Shown: positions 51,101-62,295 of the stretch, piece by piece | How the letters are laid out: every line of letters starts with the position of its first letter | Position numbering within the stretch: the first letter of the stretch is position 1 | Assembly: GCA_051294905.1 (NCBI GenBank) | Contig: CM119372.1 | Span: forward strand, 7,256,001 to 7,320,000 | From: Botryllus schlosseri | Lineage: Eukaryota | Direction: 5' to 3' | DNA: 64,000 bases | Notes under the pieces: generated by a model | Told to the model about the DNA's origin: nothing | The model's database searches: none | What the model saw: only the letters and a program-made list of their open reading frames with translations | Translations under genes and position numbers: made by a program

Positions 51101-51762
51101 TCGCGAAGCCTATCCTTACACTAGAAATAACGGTCGATGCGATATGGAACGCTGACGCACTTACCCATCGGTTGCTACAATGATCGTCAAAGTGATGTGT
51201 ATAAACATTATGATGCCATACAAGAAGTCAGCTGCCACGAGAGACAGCAGGTAGCGATACTTATTGTGCTGCCTTGTGAGGTTGTACCAATTTCGTAAAA
51301 TCACCAGTATCATCACGAGGTTAGCTGAAAATGGTTGCATTTAAGTTAGAGACATGGTAAACAAAGTAAATCGCCCTTCCAAATTTCAAATTTCGATTGT
51401 GAGTCATAGCAAATATGGCCGAAACCACAGTTAACAAGAACACACTGGTACCGCAATTGACTAATCGTGCGAATGTTCGTTCTATTCCAGGTCATCAACA
51501 TCAATGTACATGACAAAAATATGCTTCCATCAGTTATTCCAGATGTTTACTTTCAAAAGAAGGTGTTATCGAGGAGCGTATAACAGATGTAAAAATAAAG
51601 CATTCGATGCCACAAACTTCTATAAACAATTTTGTCATATGTAACTAAAATCATAGCTTTACCTGCTATTATAATCAGGGCAATGAATCCATGAGCAGCG
51701 TACATCCAGTGAGATGCTTCGCCAGAAGACGAGTCACATTTTCTCATATCCGTGACGACCAT
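36197..51762 (-). CDS. Atypical rhodopsin-like (class A) orphan GPCR, multi-exon
   Basis: Exons on -: 51762-51663 (..HWMYAAHGFIALIIIA), 51324-51165 (ANLVMILVI..YLLSLVAADFLYG; TM1/TM2), 49037-48836 (..SCFASLASASLLNI; TM3), 48771-48370 (ARVLIGFIWTVTFTFIILP; TM4/ECL2, possible 75-nt intron 48417-48491), 45703-45645 (candidate exon that fixes the phase), 39996-39677 (TM5; TM6 ..ISTLPY, possible 66-nt intron), 39272-39063 (TM7 CISSLLNPFIY). Probable last exon 36318-36197. GT-AG sites and phases are consistent; the 3' end is uncertain. Confidence 0.75.
38155..39009 (+). mobile_element. hAT (Buster/SPIN-like) deletion derivative in the last GPCR intron
   Basis: Termini CCGGGTGTCAAAC / GTTTGACACCCCTC; flanks ATTTACAT / CTTTACAT; internal KWTEK*LFTEVK remnant at ~38430. 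Confidence 0.75.
40995..42837. mobile_element. hAT-type element with a nested CAGGGCCGTAAC-family element (from ~41429)
   Basis: CAGTGGTTCCCAA / TTGGAAATCACTG termini; perfect TSD CTTTAGCC. Confidence 0.85.
43570..44055. mobile_element. hAT-type MITE with TAGGGCTGGGCA termini and TCGAGTA subterminal repeats
   Basis: TIR TAGGGCTGGGCA / TGCCCTGCCCTA; TSD ATTACGAG / ATCACGAG. Confidence 0.8.
44532..45635 (+). mobile_element. Second Chapaev3-like derivative
   Basis: Right end AAAATTGTGTTGACCAGTG|TTA, left end CTCGGCAACAATTTT; a frameshifted QGE..RYQ..W..MLADY remnant at ~45175-45270. Confidence 0.6.
46123..47717. mobile_element. hAT (Buster-type) non-autonomous element nested in a TAGGGTTGCATTT-family MITE
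   Basis: Perfect TIR CAGTGCTCTTCAACC, GTACACCCC subterminal repeats, perfect TSD GTCTAAAC. Confidence 0.9.
49852..50420. mobile_element. MITE with CAGGGGTGGCCAAC termini; copies at ~21868-22856, 33700-35612 and 59343-59800
   Basis: CAGGGGTGGCCAACC / GTTGGCCACCACTG; shared ATTCACGGCCGCATTTCG subterminus. Confidence 0.75.
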
Positions 51763-52399
51763 CGCTATCTATCTGTATAAACTTCGCACACAAGTATATT
51801 AGATATATCTGCAGACATACAGCTCCTCAAAGAGTAATTTTCAAATATCAACAACTCACTATTTATATGATCGAATTCTTAAGGAAACGCATCAATTCGA
51901 TGATATGTTTTCTGTTCATACTATTCATTATATCTTACCTCAAAAGACACCTGGCATTTAAAACTCATCGATATCAATAGCAATTTTGAAGGTGCATTGC
52001 AATTTCACGATGGGCGGCGTAAGGTTCTCGATTGACTTCCAGATCTTGGCCAATCATATATGATCCTAACTGCTCTGTTCGAAGTTCAATGCCAAATGAG
52101 CATAGTATTTATTCGAGAGAGACCAGACTTTGCCCGCGCTGATGGGTATCGATTACAATCATTAACAAGTGGCCTGACAAAATCAATGTGATTCTCGCGC
52201 CGAGGATTACTTTTTGCATTGGAGTAAATTGCAAATTGTGCAAATGTGCATTAATGAAGAAATGGGTGAAGCGGCTGTTGCGTGTCTTACAAGATTAAGT
52301 TGCAATAAGATTTATTCAGATGGTGAAATTACCATTCCTCACAATAAGTCCAATCGCACAATTAAAAGCGAGAATATTGGATTTTTCGTCCGTATAGAG

Positions 52400-53310
52400 C
52401 AGTGGTCGGGAACCTATGGCTCGCGAGTCATATATGGCTCTTTTGGGTGTAAGATATGGCTCTTTGAGAAATATTTATTTTTGTACTGAATTGGTCAATA
52501 TTGCAGCGACTTTTTAGTATATTTTCATCACGGCCAGAATAGTTATTCTCGTGACAGTATAAACAATTAAACACGTCCTTGAGAGGTAAAGACAATGCCG
52601 TCTTCAGGTATAGGGGCTCGGACCCTGTCTTTCGAAAATCCTCAAATGTAAGTTACGGTCGCGCCGGCGACCAATATCACTCGCGAATTCTACGTATCCG
52701 ACTCGAAATCTTGGATTGTGCGATACGTTGATTAACCCTCAAAGAGTCATACATGCAAATCAGCTGTTACGTCACAATTGAAAATTCCTGACGTGATGCT
52801 AGCACTAATTCGAACTCACTACATGGGATTCGTCGAGTGCGCCTCATTGTCGCAGAAAAAATGGTATTTCTATTGTTTGAGAATGACGCTCGAAACGACA
52901 GGTAAGGCACAGACGGGCCAAGTCTCACTATTGATAACGCAATCCATCGTAAATAGCATAAAATTTATCATAACCAATATTATTCGAATGTAACTGTCTC
53001 ACTTATTCCGAAAATCTAAATACTGATCGATTTCTCAATTCTCAAAGTATTTGGCGGTAACTTAACTTTGCGCTGAACGCATAAATTTTATCGCCGGTAC
53101 TACAGAGCTACTTGCCAATCAAGAACGTGGATAGCTATTGCGTTGTTTGTAATTCGAGTTTGTAATTGTGAATGTCACGTCCACGGCAGTTCAATTAGCG
53201 CCGTAGATCAGGAAGACAATGTGTTGCCATGTCTGCTATGCTCTTTGATTAAAATGAAAAAAAAAATAGGTTCACTATGGCTCTTTTCCAAAAAAGGTTC
53301 CCGACCACTG
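52400..53310. mobile_element. hAT-type MITE
   Basis: Perfect TIR CAGTGGTCGGGAACC, ATGGCTC subterminal repeats, perfect TSD GTATAGAG; an orphan right end lies at ~54675-54752. Confidence 0.9.
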
Positions 53311-55737
53311 GTATAGAGAATCGTTATCGGGTACAAATTATTTTCTTTCCGACTTGATATGACACCGAACTATTTTTACGCGGATGGAAGGGGAGAATAG
53401 TCTGACCGTGATTGGCCTGCTCTACGCACCCACATACGAATTTGTATTATTGATTTGTGAAGTGCAAAATTATAAACAATGTAGTTGTCCAAATTTACAT
53501 ACACTTATAGTGGTATGTGTTTTTAATAGACATAAAATCACAATATTGTCAGGTTTCTTATTTCGTTACTGATGACGCAGTATTTGAAACGATCGCTGCG
53601 CCGTGTATCGAACCTTTAATCATTAGGATCATGCTGCAAACATCAGTTTCAAAGTGCAGTCTAAGTACCCTCCTAATTATACATTTAAGAACACTTCGTC
53701 AATGTACAGAGGACGCACAAGTAATATCGATTGCGATCCACATCCATTTCCCACGCTATCGCGAGAAGCCTTCTTTAATAATTAAAGACATTGCGACCGA
53801 GAATAGAACAAATTTTATTATCATTCAAAAGATATGTCATTCTCGAAAACAGCATGTTTGCATGTGCACACTGAGATCGTCTATCAGAATCTATTGACCA
53901 GTCAAAAGCGATCAGGCACGGTTACTCACGAGACTAATATCACATTCGATTGCAGTATAGAGACTATGTAAGAATTATCAGATTAGGGCTTTTTGTAATG
54001 TCTACACAGTTTAACAACATAACTCAAAACTTCAGGGAAACATTCGACACACATATAATTAGGAGATTACACAAATCAATAACCAGACGATAGCAAGTCA
54101 CTTGATTACTGGGGTAGCTGAGAAGCTTCACTATTCCGAAAAAAATAACTATTTTTCTGGATTCCAGTCATTAAATTGTCAGGTTACCCTAAGAAACGCT
54201 GCACACCAAATTTGGTTCAATTCTAACAAGTATAAGGTTCCGCAGATCCAATTAAAAATTTTAAATTATACAGGAAAATTAAAAACAAAATTAAAAATAT
54301 TTCAGTCAACCCCATGAAATTGTTGAGCTGTCTTCAAAGACGATGCGAAACAAATTTGACTCAATTCCAACCAGTAGATGCGGAGTTATTGGAGTTTTTG
54401 TTGCTAATCCTTGGACCAACAACCATTTAAGGGCTCACAATTTTCCTTCACTCATCCCAGACGACATGTGAGGCACTGCCTCGCTTGCCTCCCCTAACGC
54501 CACGTCACAGACGTAACAAACGCTGGGTATGTACTGCTGTAGTGACCATGTTTGGCTCCACCCACTCATGTGGACAGAAAAATATGACGCCCACTATACG
54601 AATCATATGTATTAGACAATTAGTGCTAGCAATATGTCACGGTTGTTCAATTGTGACGTAACAGTTGTTTAACATGTATGGCTCTTTGGGAGTTGTAATT
54701 GAAAATATTGGGCCAATATGGCTCTTCGGTCGAAAAAGGTTCCCGACCACTGCCGTATAGATACACGTCGGGTGGTATATCGGTATATCGGGTGGTAATT
54801 GTCCGTAGGCTCATACAACATGTTTTTTGGAAAGTATTTACATAATTATGGCATAATTTTTTAACTAAAAAGGCCATTGTTTAATGCACTGTTTGAAACA
54901 TGTTTTGAACAAATTGTTTTAAAGCACCCTTTGTATTAAATGCAACCGTAAAGGTATGGCTATTCCCACGCGTGCTATACACCGTCTGCATGGGGAGGCG
55001 TTCGGCATTCGTGCACGCCTTTAGCATGTGGTTTATTTCCTGAATGTTCCACTTTAACTATTGATTATAGGGTGGAAGAGGGTAAAACTGTCATGAAAAG
55101 TAGTGATCCCGCTCCGATCCGACTCCGGCCGTAACAGAAAAAGTACTGATCCGGGTCCGGCCTAAAATAAGAATATTCAGTCGGATATCCGTTCCGCCTC
55201 CGGTCCATACTCAGCCCTGTGCTCTGCAATCTGCATTCATTAGCAGCGATCATGCTTGGTCTCGTCAATGCAATGATTACATAGTCGATGCTGCAGAGGA
55301 CACACTATTTATTGTCAAACCATAGTGTCATGTATGGTGTGGCTATAGCGAGATTGAACGGCTCACTCCATTTGTATTACGTCACACTTTCCGTTTGGCC
55401 AAAGGCAATTTTACGGCCATTCTTGACCGGCTTCCCAATCGCGAAATTTGATAAAACGCGAATCAATGGAAAGCTGTTGATGCACTGATTACGAAAATAT
55501 AAATCTTATTCTGCTCATAGTTCTGAAACACCCCAAAATCAGCCTTGAATTTTGCATTGTGATCGTGTTCAGCATTGTGACGCAGCTATTCTGTCTGGCA
55601 AAACGAGAATGAAGCTCAGGAGAAAGAACTAGACAGCCTTGTTGCGCAGCAATGCCGAATCGATCACCATGTGTGGCGAGATAGCGTAGTGTTATATAAT
55701 CCACAGCTGCAACAGCAATGGGTTGTGGGTTCGAGTC

Positions 55738-58700
55738 GAGTGCCTTTATTTTGTGTTAGGAAACTTATGACACTTATGGAAACTTACGAAACTTAATTGA
55801 AACTGATGACACTTATGAAAACTTATGGGAACTTATGAAACTTATGAAACTTATGGAAACTTATGAAACTTATGAAAACTTATGGAACTTATGAAACTTA
55901 TGAAAACTTATGGAACTTATGAAATCTTGTGAAACCTATGGCAACTTATGAAGATAAAGAGACTCTTGGAGGAAGAGCCGTTCAATATACAATTTAAGAA
56001 TATCTTCCTATTGAAATGAACCCGAATATTTTCGGCTGAAACGCGTCAGGGGTAATCGTCAGCAGCTAGTAGAGAATTGAAAAGAACATTGTATAGCAAC
56101 AATCGCAATGATATGTCGTACCGTACCTTATTGTCATCGCATATATATGTGCTGTGTCGATGTTTGATATGAACGCATGGCATCGCGCACACCAATGCTA
56201 CTTAGTGCAATGGTGAGAGTTCAGTACACCCGCTTTATCTTATATTATAAAACTGACTGGAAATAAAATTTATTACCGTGAATTATACTGGACTCATTCA
56301 CCTTTACTTTGCTTAAATTTATTTCGAATGTCAAGTGAAACCGTGGGCGTTGTCAATGTGAAGTAGGATAACTCGGAAAATTTTCGCGACCAGTTGGAAA
56401 TTGAGATAAGTTCAGTTCATACCAAGTCAGAGCTCTTTGTTATAAGCACGAGAATGACAAATGTCCGTACAGCAAGCTCGGTTCGTTTTATACTATACAG
56501 TTCTGTAGTATTTTCCGGAAAACCAGAAGTAGATTAAATTCAAAATTGTAAAGTATTCAAAAATATCAGAAATAAATTAGAAGATTACCAGCATTTCGCT
56601 CCAAGTAGACAATTATATCGGAATTTGGGTATCTGGTATTCTCCTAAATTAACATCGAAATTTACATAAACATTGTTCGTAATTGTGGAAGAATTAAAGC
56701 TTCGCGTCTGGAGAGTTAGCATTTTTATATAATCTGTTGTGAAGAACAGAGAGTACATCAAAACAATGTGACGTCTACCAGCGCATCTGAGATATTGTGC
56801 ACATTGCACAATCTTGAACTTTTCCCGCGCAGCAATCAAATCGAGTCGTGCGTTAGCATATGAAGATTGCGACACAGTCGCGTTTGCCGATTGACGCTGA
56901 ATTGGTAACTTTGAAATAATAGTCGACGTCAATGCCACTCAAGTATTTGGATAAGCTATGCTTCCAGTTAAATCGTTAAGACAACCTTTTCGGTTCTCGA
57001 TATTATTGAAAATACTCGTTAAGTCGTGATATACTCAGGGCCGTAACAGCACTTCGCCAGCCCCCCCCCAAAACGTTGGTCTTGGGCCCCCATAGGGTGA
57101 TAAAACGGGCCTCTGGGGGGCGAAGCCCGCCAGACCCCCCCTCAGGCTATTCGCAGTTTACCGCTACTTATCATCTTTATTGGGTGTTCGTTTATTGACT
57201 GACATTTTCCCGGCTAACCGCGCGGAGCGCGAGAAAATTGTATAATTCATTATTGAGTCGGTCAATATGATCGATAATTTCATATATATTGCTATCAATT
57301 TTTATCCTCTCTCTGCTCACGTAATCAGATTTACCGGTAGAGCGGAGTGATGGGTGTTTGAAGGTAGGACCACTCCATAATAATAATTAAACATCTCCGG
57401 GCGTATGCCTGTTGGCAGCAACGAAACAGCACTTCATCAGGCCCCCAAAATACTTGGCTCTTGGGCTCCCATAGGGTGATAAACTGACTCCTCCCCCCAT
57501 CACGTTGTTCGCTTTTACCACGAAATTAGTTGTACCCTTCAGTGAGCACGCGCCAAGCGCGAAAATTTTCGATTAATCATCATAAAATCGGTCAATAAGA
57601 TCGGGAATTGCATATATATTGCTATCAATTTCCGGTCCTCTCTGCTCGCGTAATCAGATTTACCGGTAGAGCTGACTGAGGTGTCTTGGAAACTGTAGGA
57701 CCCCTAAATAATAATTAAACATCTTCGGGCGGGCAGACCCGTTGGTATGACTTCGTTTCATGATGTTATTTCGTGACCTCAGCAATATCATAGAATGAAC
57801 AATCGCATAAACGTACTAAACTAAAAGACGCACACGATTTCAAATTGATATTTCTTCACCGGCATATAGCCTAATTTTTCAGTGCGAGATGGTATTTGTC
57901 TTGCGACGAGGTTCGGATTGCCAAGACAGTAACATTCGTCGCCAGTCATTTAGGCGCCTATGGACAATTAAACCTATAGGTATCAGCATAAGCGCAGTCC
58001 TTTTCCGCCAAGGTTTTCTCGCTACCGATCGTTCTGGCACACCTCTTTGGGTCGCATGTTATATTGCCTAAAACTTTATATCTTGGTGCGTCGTGGCGCG
58101 GTAATGGCCAATGCCGATATGCCCATTTCTATGGATCTTGCGTATTTTTTCTTGGGTGAAGAGTATCCAATAATGAAGATATTCGGCAACTTGAAATCGC
58201 GCCGAGCGCGAAAAATTTTGAAAAAGCTGCATAAATTTTCAAAAAATACTCTATAACTTATGTTAATTCACGAAATAATTTTGGGCCCCCTTTGAGCTCG
58301 CCCCCCCCCCCCCAATTGGGGGGTTTGGGGTGCGGCAGTTACGGTCCTAGATATACTCATATACGACATATGAATATGTTGTCACTTATCGTTCCCAATG
58401 ATTATGATTTTAAAAATTATATGTAGGTAGAATCACCACCCATCGACCAATAATCGCTGATGCACAACTGCCCATTGCCATCCATCGTTGCTCTGGTTAA
58501 ACCTCTAATGAGTCTAGTCTCGTTGTCTCCTGGCAGTCCAGTCACAGGCGTGTAGCACCAGTACCAATATCCAGCCCTGGTAAACTGGTAGGGTAAAGGC
58601 AGAAACGAAATCCGTCGTCAAAATCGATCACTACTCAATAAGTAGCACTCATTTGGCGGATCACCGATCCGTTGAGGCAATTTCAAATTCTGTTTAATAA

Positions 58701-58821
58701 GTTTACATAAGTTTCCATAAGTTTCATAAGTTTCATAAGCTTCATAAGTTTCATAAGTTTTCATAAGTTTCATAAGTTTCCATAAGTGTCATAAGTTTCC
58801 TAGGACAAAATAAAGGCACCC
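55738..58821. mobile_element. Foldback-like element with long TIRs built from (GAAACTTAT)n tandem units
   Basis: GAGTGCCTTTATTTTGTGTTAGGAAACTTATGACACTTATGG is the reverse complement of CCATAAGTGTCATAAGTTTCCTAGGACAAAATAAAGGCACCC. Arrays at 55760-55952 and 58696-58800; target duplication TTCGAGTC / GTCGAGTC. Confidence 0.85.
57036..58349. mobile_element. hAT-type element (CAGGGCCGTAAC family) with an internal ~350-bp tandem duplication
   Basis: CAGGGCCGTAAC / GTTACGGTCCTA termini; perfect TSD GATATACT; ACAGCACTTC..CCCATAGGGTGATAAA unit present twice; relatives at ~12441, ~34222 and ~41429. Confidence 0.88.
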
Positions 58822-58923
58822 GTCGAGTCCGACCGAGGTCGACTTCAGAATTCCTACCTAAGTGTTGGAGGCCCCTCCTCGCCATCTCATCCGTGTAACC
58901 GGTGTCTTGTAAAAAGTCTAGAC

Positions 58924-60107
58924 CAGGGGTCTCCAACACGCGGCCCGCGGGCCGCATGCGGCCCGCGAGGTCCTATTTTGCGGCCCGCGACCTGATTTGA
59001 AAAAAATTCAGAAAAACGCTTAGTAAATCATGTTGAAACGCTAGAATTGATTTCAGTTGAAACATAATGTTGTTGTTTTTCAAAGTGAGCCATTCTATGT
59101 GCCCACTATCACTATTACTCACTAGTTGATACGGCTTCGGCATGGTAATATCATTCCATGGATGAAGAATTTGCTGGTACGAATGGGCATATTGCCTTGA
59201 CGTGCAATGGCCCACCACTGCCAAGACCGAGACGCCTGCAAAACGACTTCGGGCGCTCCAAAAGACAATGCTTTACGAGGAGATAGTTGTCTAGCAAGTA
59301 GGCCTACCGTGTATAGCTAACCCCAATATTGATTCTTCAATCCATGGGTGGCCAATCTGCAGCAGTAGAAGGAAAATTATGCGGCTGTCGACACTTGTAA
59401 TAGCAACCCTAAGTTTTCGCAGATACCCCCTGCATCAGCTGTATCTGGGAATCTGATCACATTGGCCGAGAAAGGATAAATATTTTATAGTAATATGTGA
59501 AACTATACTAATATTTATTGACGAAATTCACTCATGAACATGAAAAATTTTTCGCGCTTAGCGCGACCACAGATTGGTTCTCTGTGGCTATTTACAACGT
59601 AACTACTAACGATTTGGTGCGCATAGTAAGCCGATATGTGCATATAGATTAGTTCGGAGTGTACCGGCAATGGACATGGACATGATAACGTGGGTATTTG
59701 GCCCCAGCTAGTTTATCACGACTAACCACCGGTATGCGGCCGCAGGCTACATGAGTACGCGAAATGCGGCCGTGAATTACAAAAATGTTGGCCACCCCTG
59801 TTTTAGCGGCTCAAGAGTGTTGTCATTGTCAGGTATCGTGTACAGCTCATAGTCCAAAATATAATGACATTGATGATCATGATACCTTTTGTTGTATTTG
59901 TGTTTGTTCAATAAAATATTAGTTCTTTTGTGGTGACTATAACCGTCGCCTATGTTAGAAAGCACAGCGTTGTAATAACGTAGAGTTATCAGACGTGGTT
60001 GTTGAACTGCGTTGCCTACTTTTATATCGATATTGATGTCATGCGGCCCGCGGCCTCCAGGAATTTGGAAAAGTGGCCCGCGACCTATTTTGAGTTGGCG
60101 ACCCCTG
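58924..60107. mobile_element. hAT (Buster-type) MITE inserted in the SINE, containing a further MITE (59343-59800)
   Basis: CAGGGGTCTCCAAC / GTTGGCGACCCCTG, GCGGCCCGC subterminal repeats, perfect TSD GTCTAGAC. Confidence 0.9.
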
Positions 60108-62295
60108 GTCTAGACGTAGACCGTGCTACAATTTGGCAGCTACCGAATAAAAATGAAGAATATCGGCATGGTGTAATTGACCACGACAGTAGTCTATAAA
60201 CACCATGGATACAACAAACAACAACAACTCACAATGCAAAATTCGAGGCTCATTTTGGAGGGTTCCAGGAACATCAGCAGAGCAAAATTTATGACTTCAT
60301 AATCAGTACAGCAGCAGCGTTTCATTGATACCCGTTTTATCAAATTTAGCGATCGGGAAGGCGGTCAAAAATGGTCGTGGTCAAATGGAAAGTGTGACGT
60401 AGCCCAAATGCAGTGAGCCGTTCAAGCATGCTGAGTCCACACCATATAGGACACTATGGTCAGACAAATCTTAGCAAATACCACCGCGCACTTCGAAGTC
60501 TCAGGGACGCTCTTAGCGAAAGAGTACGCATTTCCATCCGTGAATATACACCCATTGCACGCGAAACCAAAACCTACCTCAGACTTATACCGCGGTATAA
60601 ATCCAGTAAAACAATTTAATCCAAATTAAGCATGCACGTAGGAAGGTACGCACTTGGGCAAGTAGGATTTATGGCCGCGATATAATTCTTAGTTAAGTCC
60701 CGTTCTCATGTGCCACCCTTTGATGACACTCTATTCGCTAAGAGTGCGTAAAGTCTAAATTTGTAAATCAAAGTGTGTGCGGAAACTGTGTTTAATTTAA
60801 TACAGAAACATTTTGGTTTGACTGAAGAGGTAGTGAATTAGTCAGCACTCACTCAGTTAGAAGTAGAAGTAGCGACATCCAAAAAAAGTCAAAACTACTT
60901 CACGTGGAAGTAGAAAATGAAAGGTCTGGGAAGTAATCAAATAAGAACTTTCATGAAGTAGATTTGGTCGAAGGGTCACGTACTTCTGGAAGGTAATACC
61001 TTGGACATTGCTGGGTGCATATTCGCGACATATTATTATAAATGATTGAAATCATGTTGCGGTGCTCATAACAATGGAGGTGTCTTGGACCGCAAACTAA
61101 TTGATTTATCTACAACACAAGCTACGAAAACAGATCCCTAATGACACCACGAATAGATGGAATCTTCGAAAATAGACTCAGTTACCGTGAAAAAGAGGTT
61201 ATTTCACTCGTTTCTATCGTAATTCCACTCGTAAAAGTGATCGAACTGATTATCCCGAAACTACATTCTCTACTCTTTAAAATCAGAATTATGGAAAGTA
61301 TGTAGTTTTGGCTAAAAATGTTCAAGTAGGATCGGAAGTAGTAACGTAACCGCTCGGGTACGAAGAGAAAGCAGGCAAAGCCTATCTGAGTACTTCGAAA
61401 AGGTAGAAGTCGTTTGTCAGAGGCCATCTCAACCTCTGTATGACTGTGGGTGCCGCCAAATATTCTGGTAGTATGCAGGGTGCCGTAAGCCAAAAATTGT
61501 TGAGATCCGCTGAAGTACCATGCCATCATTCCTCATCATATTTACAGTATCACCAAGCCGAGTAAAGCTATTCACATCATGCAACCAAGTTCATAAACTT
61601 TCAGCTACATAAAAGTAATTTGTTGCTCAGGCTGTTCTTTGATTTCTTCCCTCCTATATAGATATGCAATATCCTTTCGTGGTGATGTACCATCCCGTTT
61701 CTTCTTATGCGTAGTATCAAACTTGCTCTATAAAAATGGAACTTATTGACTTACAGTTTTCTTTAAGGTGACTCAATGACCTGCCTGTCACGTGTGAGGT
61801 GATTCGTTGTGGTTTGATTTGCGGGATACGAACATGATGATATAGTCTAATGACTCTAATCAATGTAAGTAGCCTACATCTGTCATTTATGTGAAAAAAG
61901 TGAAATAAGATCGAATATTATTATCGACGATTTCAGGAACAGCATGCGCTAATGAAAGTAATCGGCATCGACTACCGTCCAACAGTCTATAGTTAGTTAC
62001 ATCAAAACAGCAATCCCATTGCGACACATACGGTCATATAACACGACGACGCTTACGTTGTACAACATGACGTATGGACGTTGCACGTTGCGACATTGCG
62101 GTTCCATTATCCTCTCTCTTTTTTATTGAACTCCATTAGTCCTCGCTATGGAATTAAGCAAACTGAATATTGTCAGCAACTCCGATGCGGCAATAATGCA
62201 AACAATGAGGCGTCACGCTGGAATGACTCCGCAGAAATATAATTAGAAAGGTTTTACTGGTGGTGTTAGCATACGTAACGCGATAGAAAGCAGCT

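Larger units (their letters stand above)
55673..60229 (+). mobile_element. Second copy of the same SINE, split into three pieces by later insertions
   Basis: Head 55673-55737 (A box, B box), body 58822-58923 (CGACCGAGGTCGACTTC..CTAAGTGTTGGAGG), tail 60116-60229 (GAAGAATATCGG..AAACACCATG..CAACAAACAAC), colinear with 4349-4629. Confidence 0.85.
55321..60458. mobile_element. CATAG..CTATG palindromic MITE (same family as 11732-12282) expanded by nested insertions
   Basis: Left arm 55321-~55670, right arm ~60230-60458; 7-bp flanks GTCAAAC / GTCAGAC. Confidence 0.8.

Noticed and set aside
55760..55952. GAAACTTAT arrays as a CRISPR array or telomeric repeat
   Set aside because: No unique spacers; the arrays are the mirrored TIRs of one transposon
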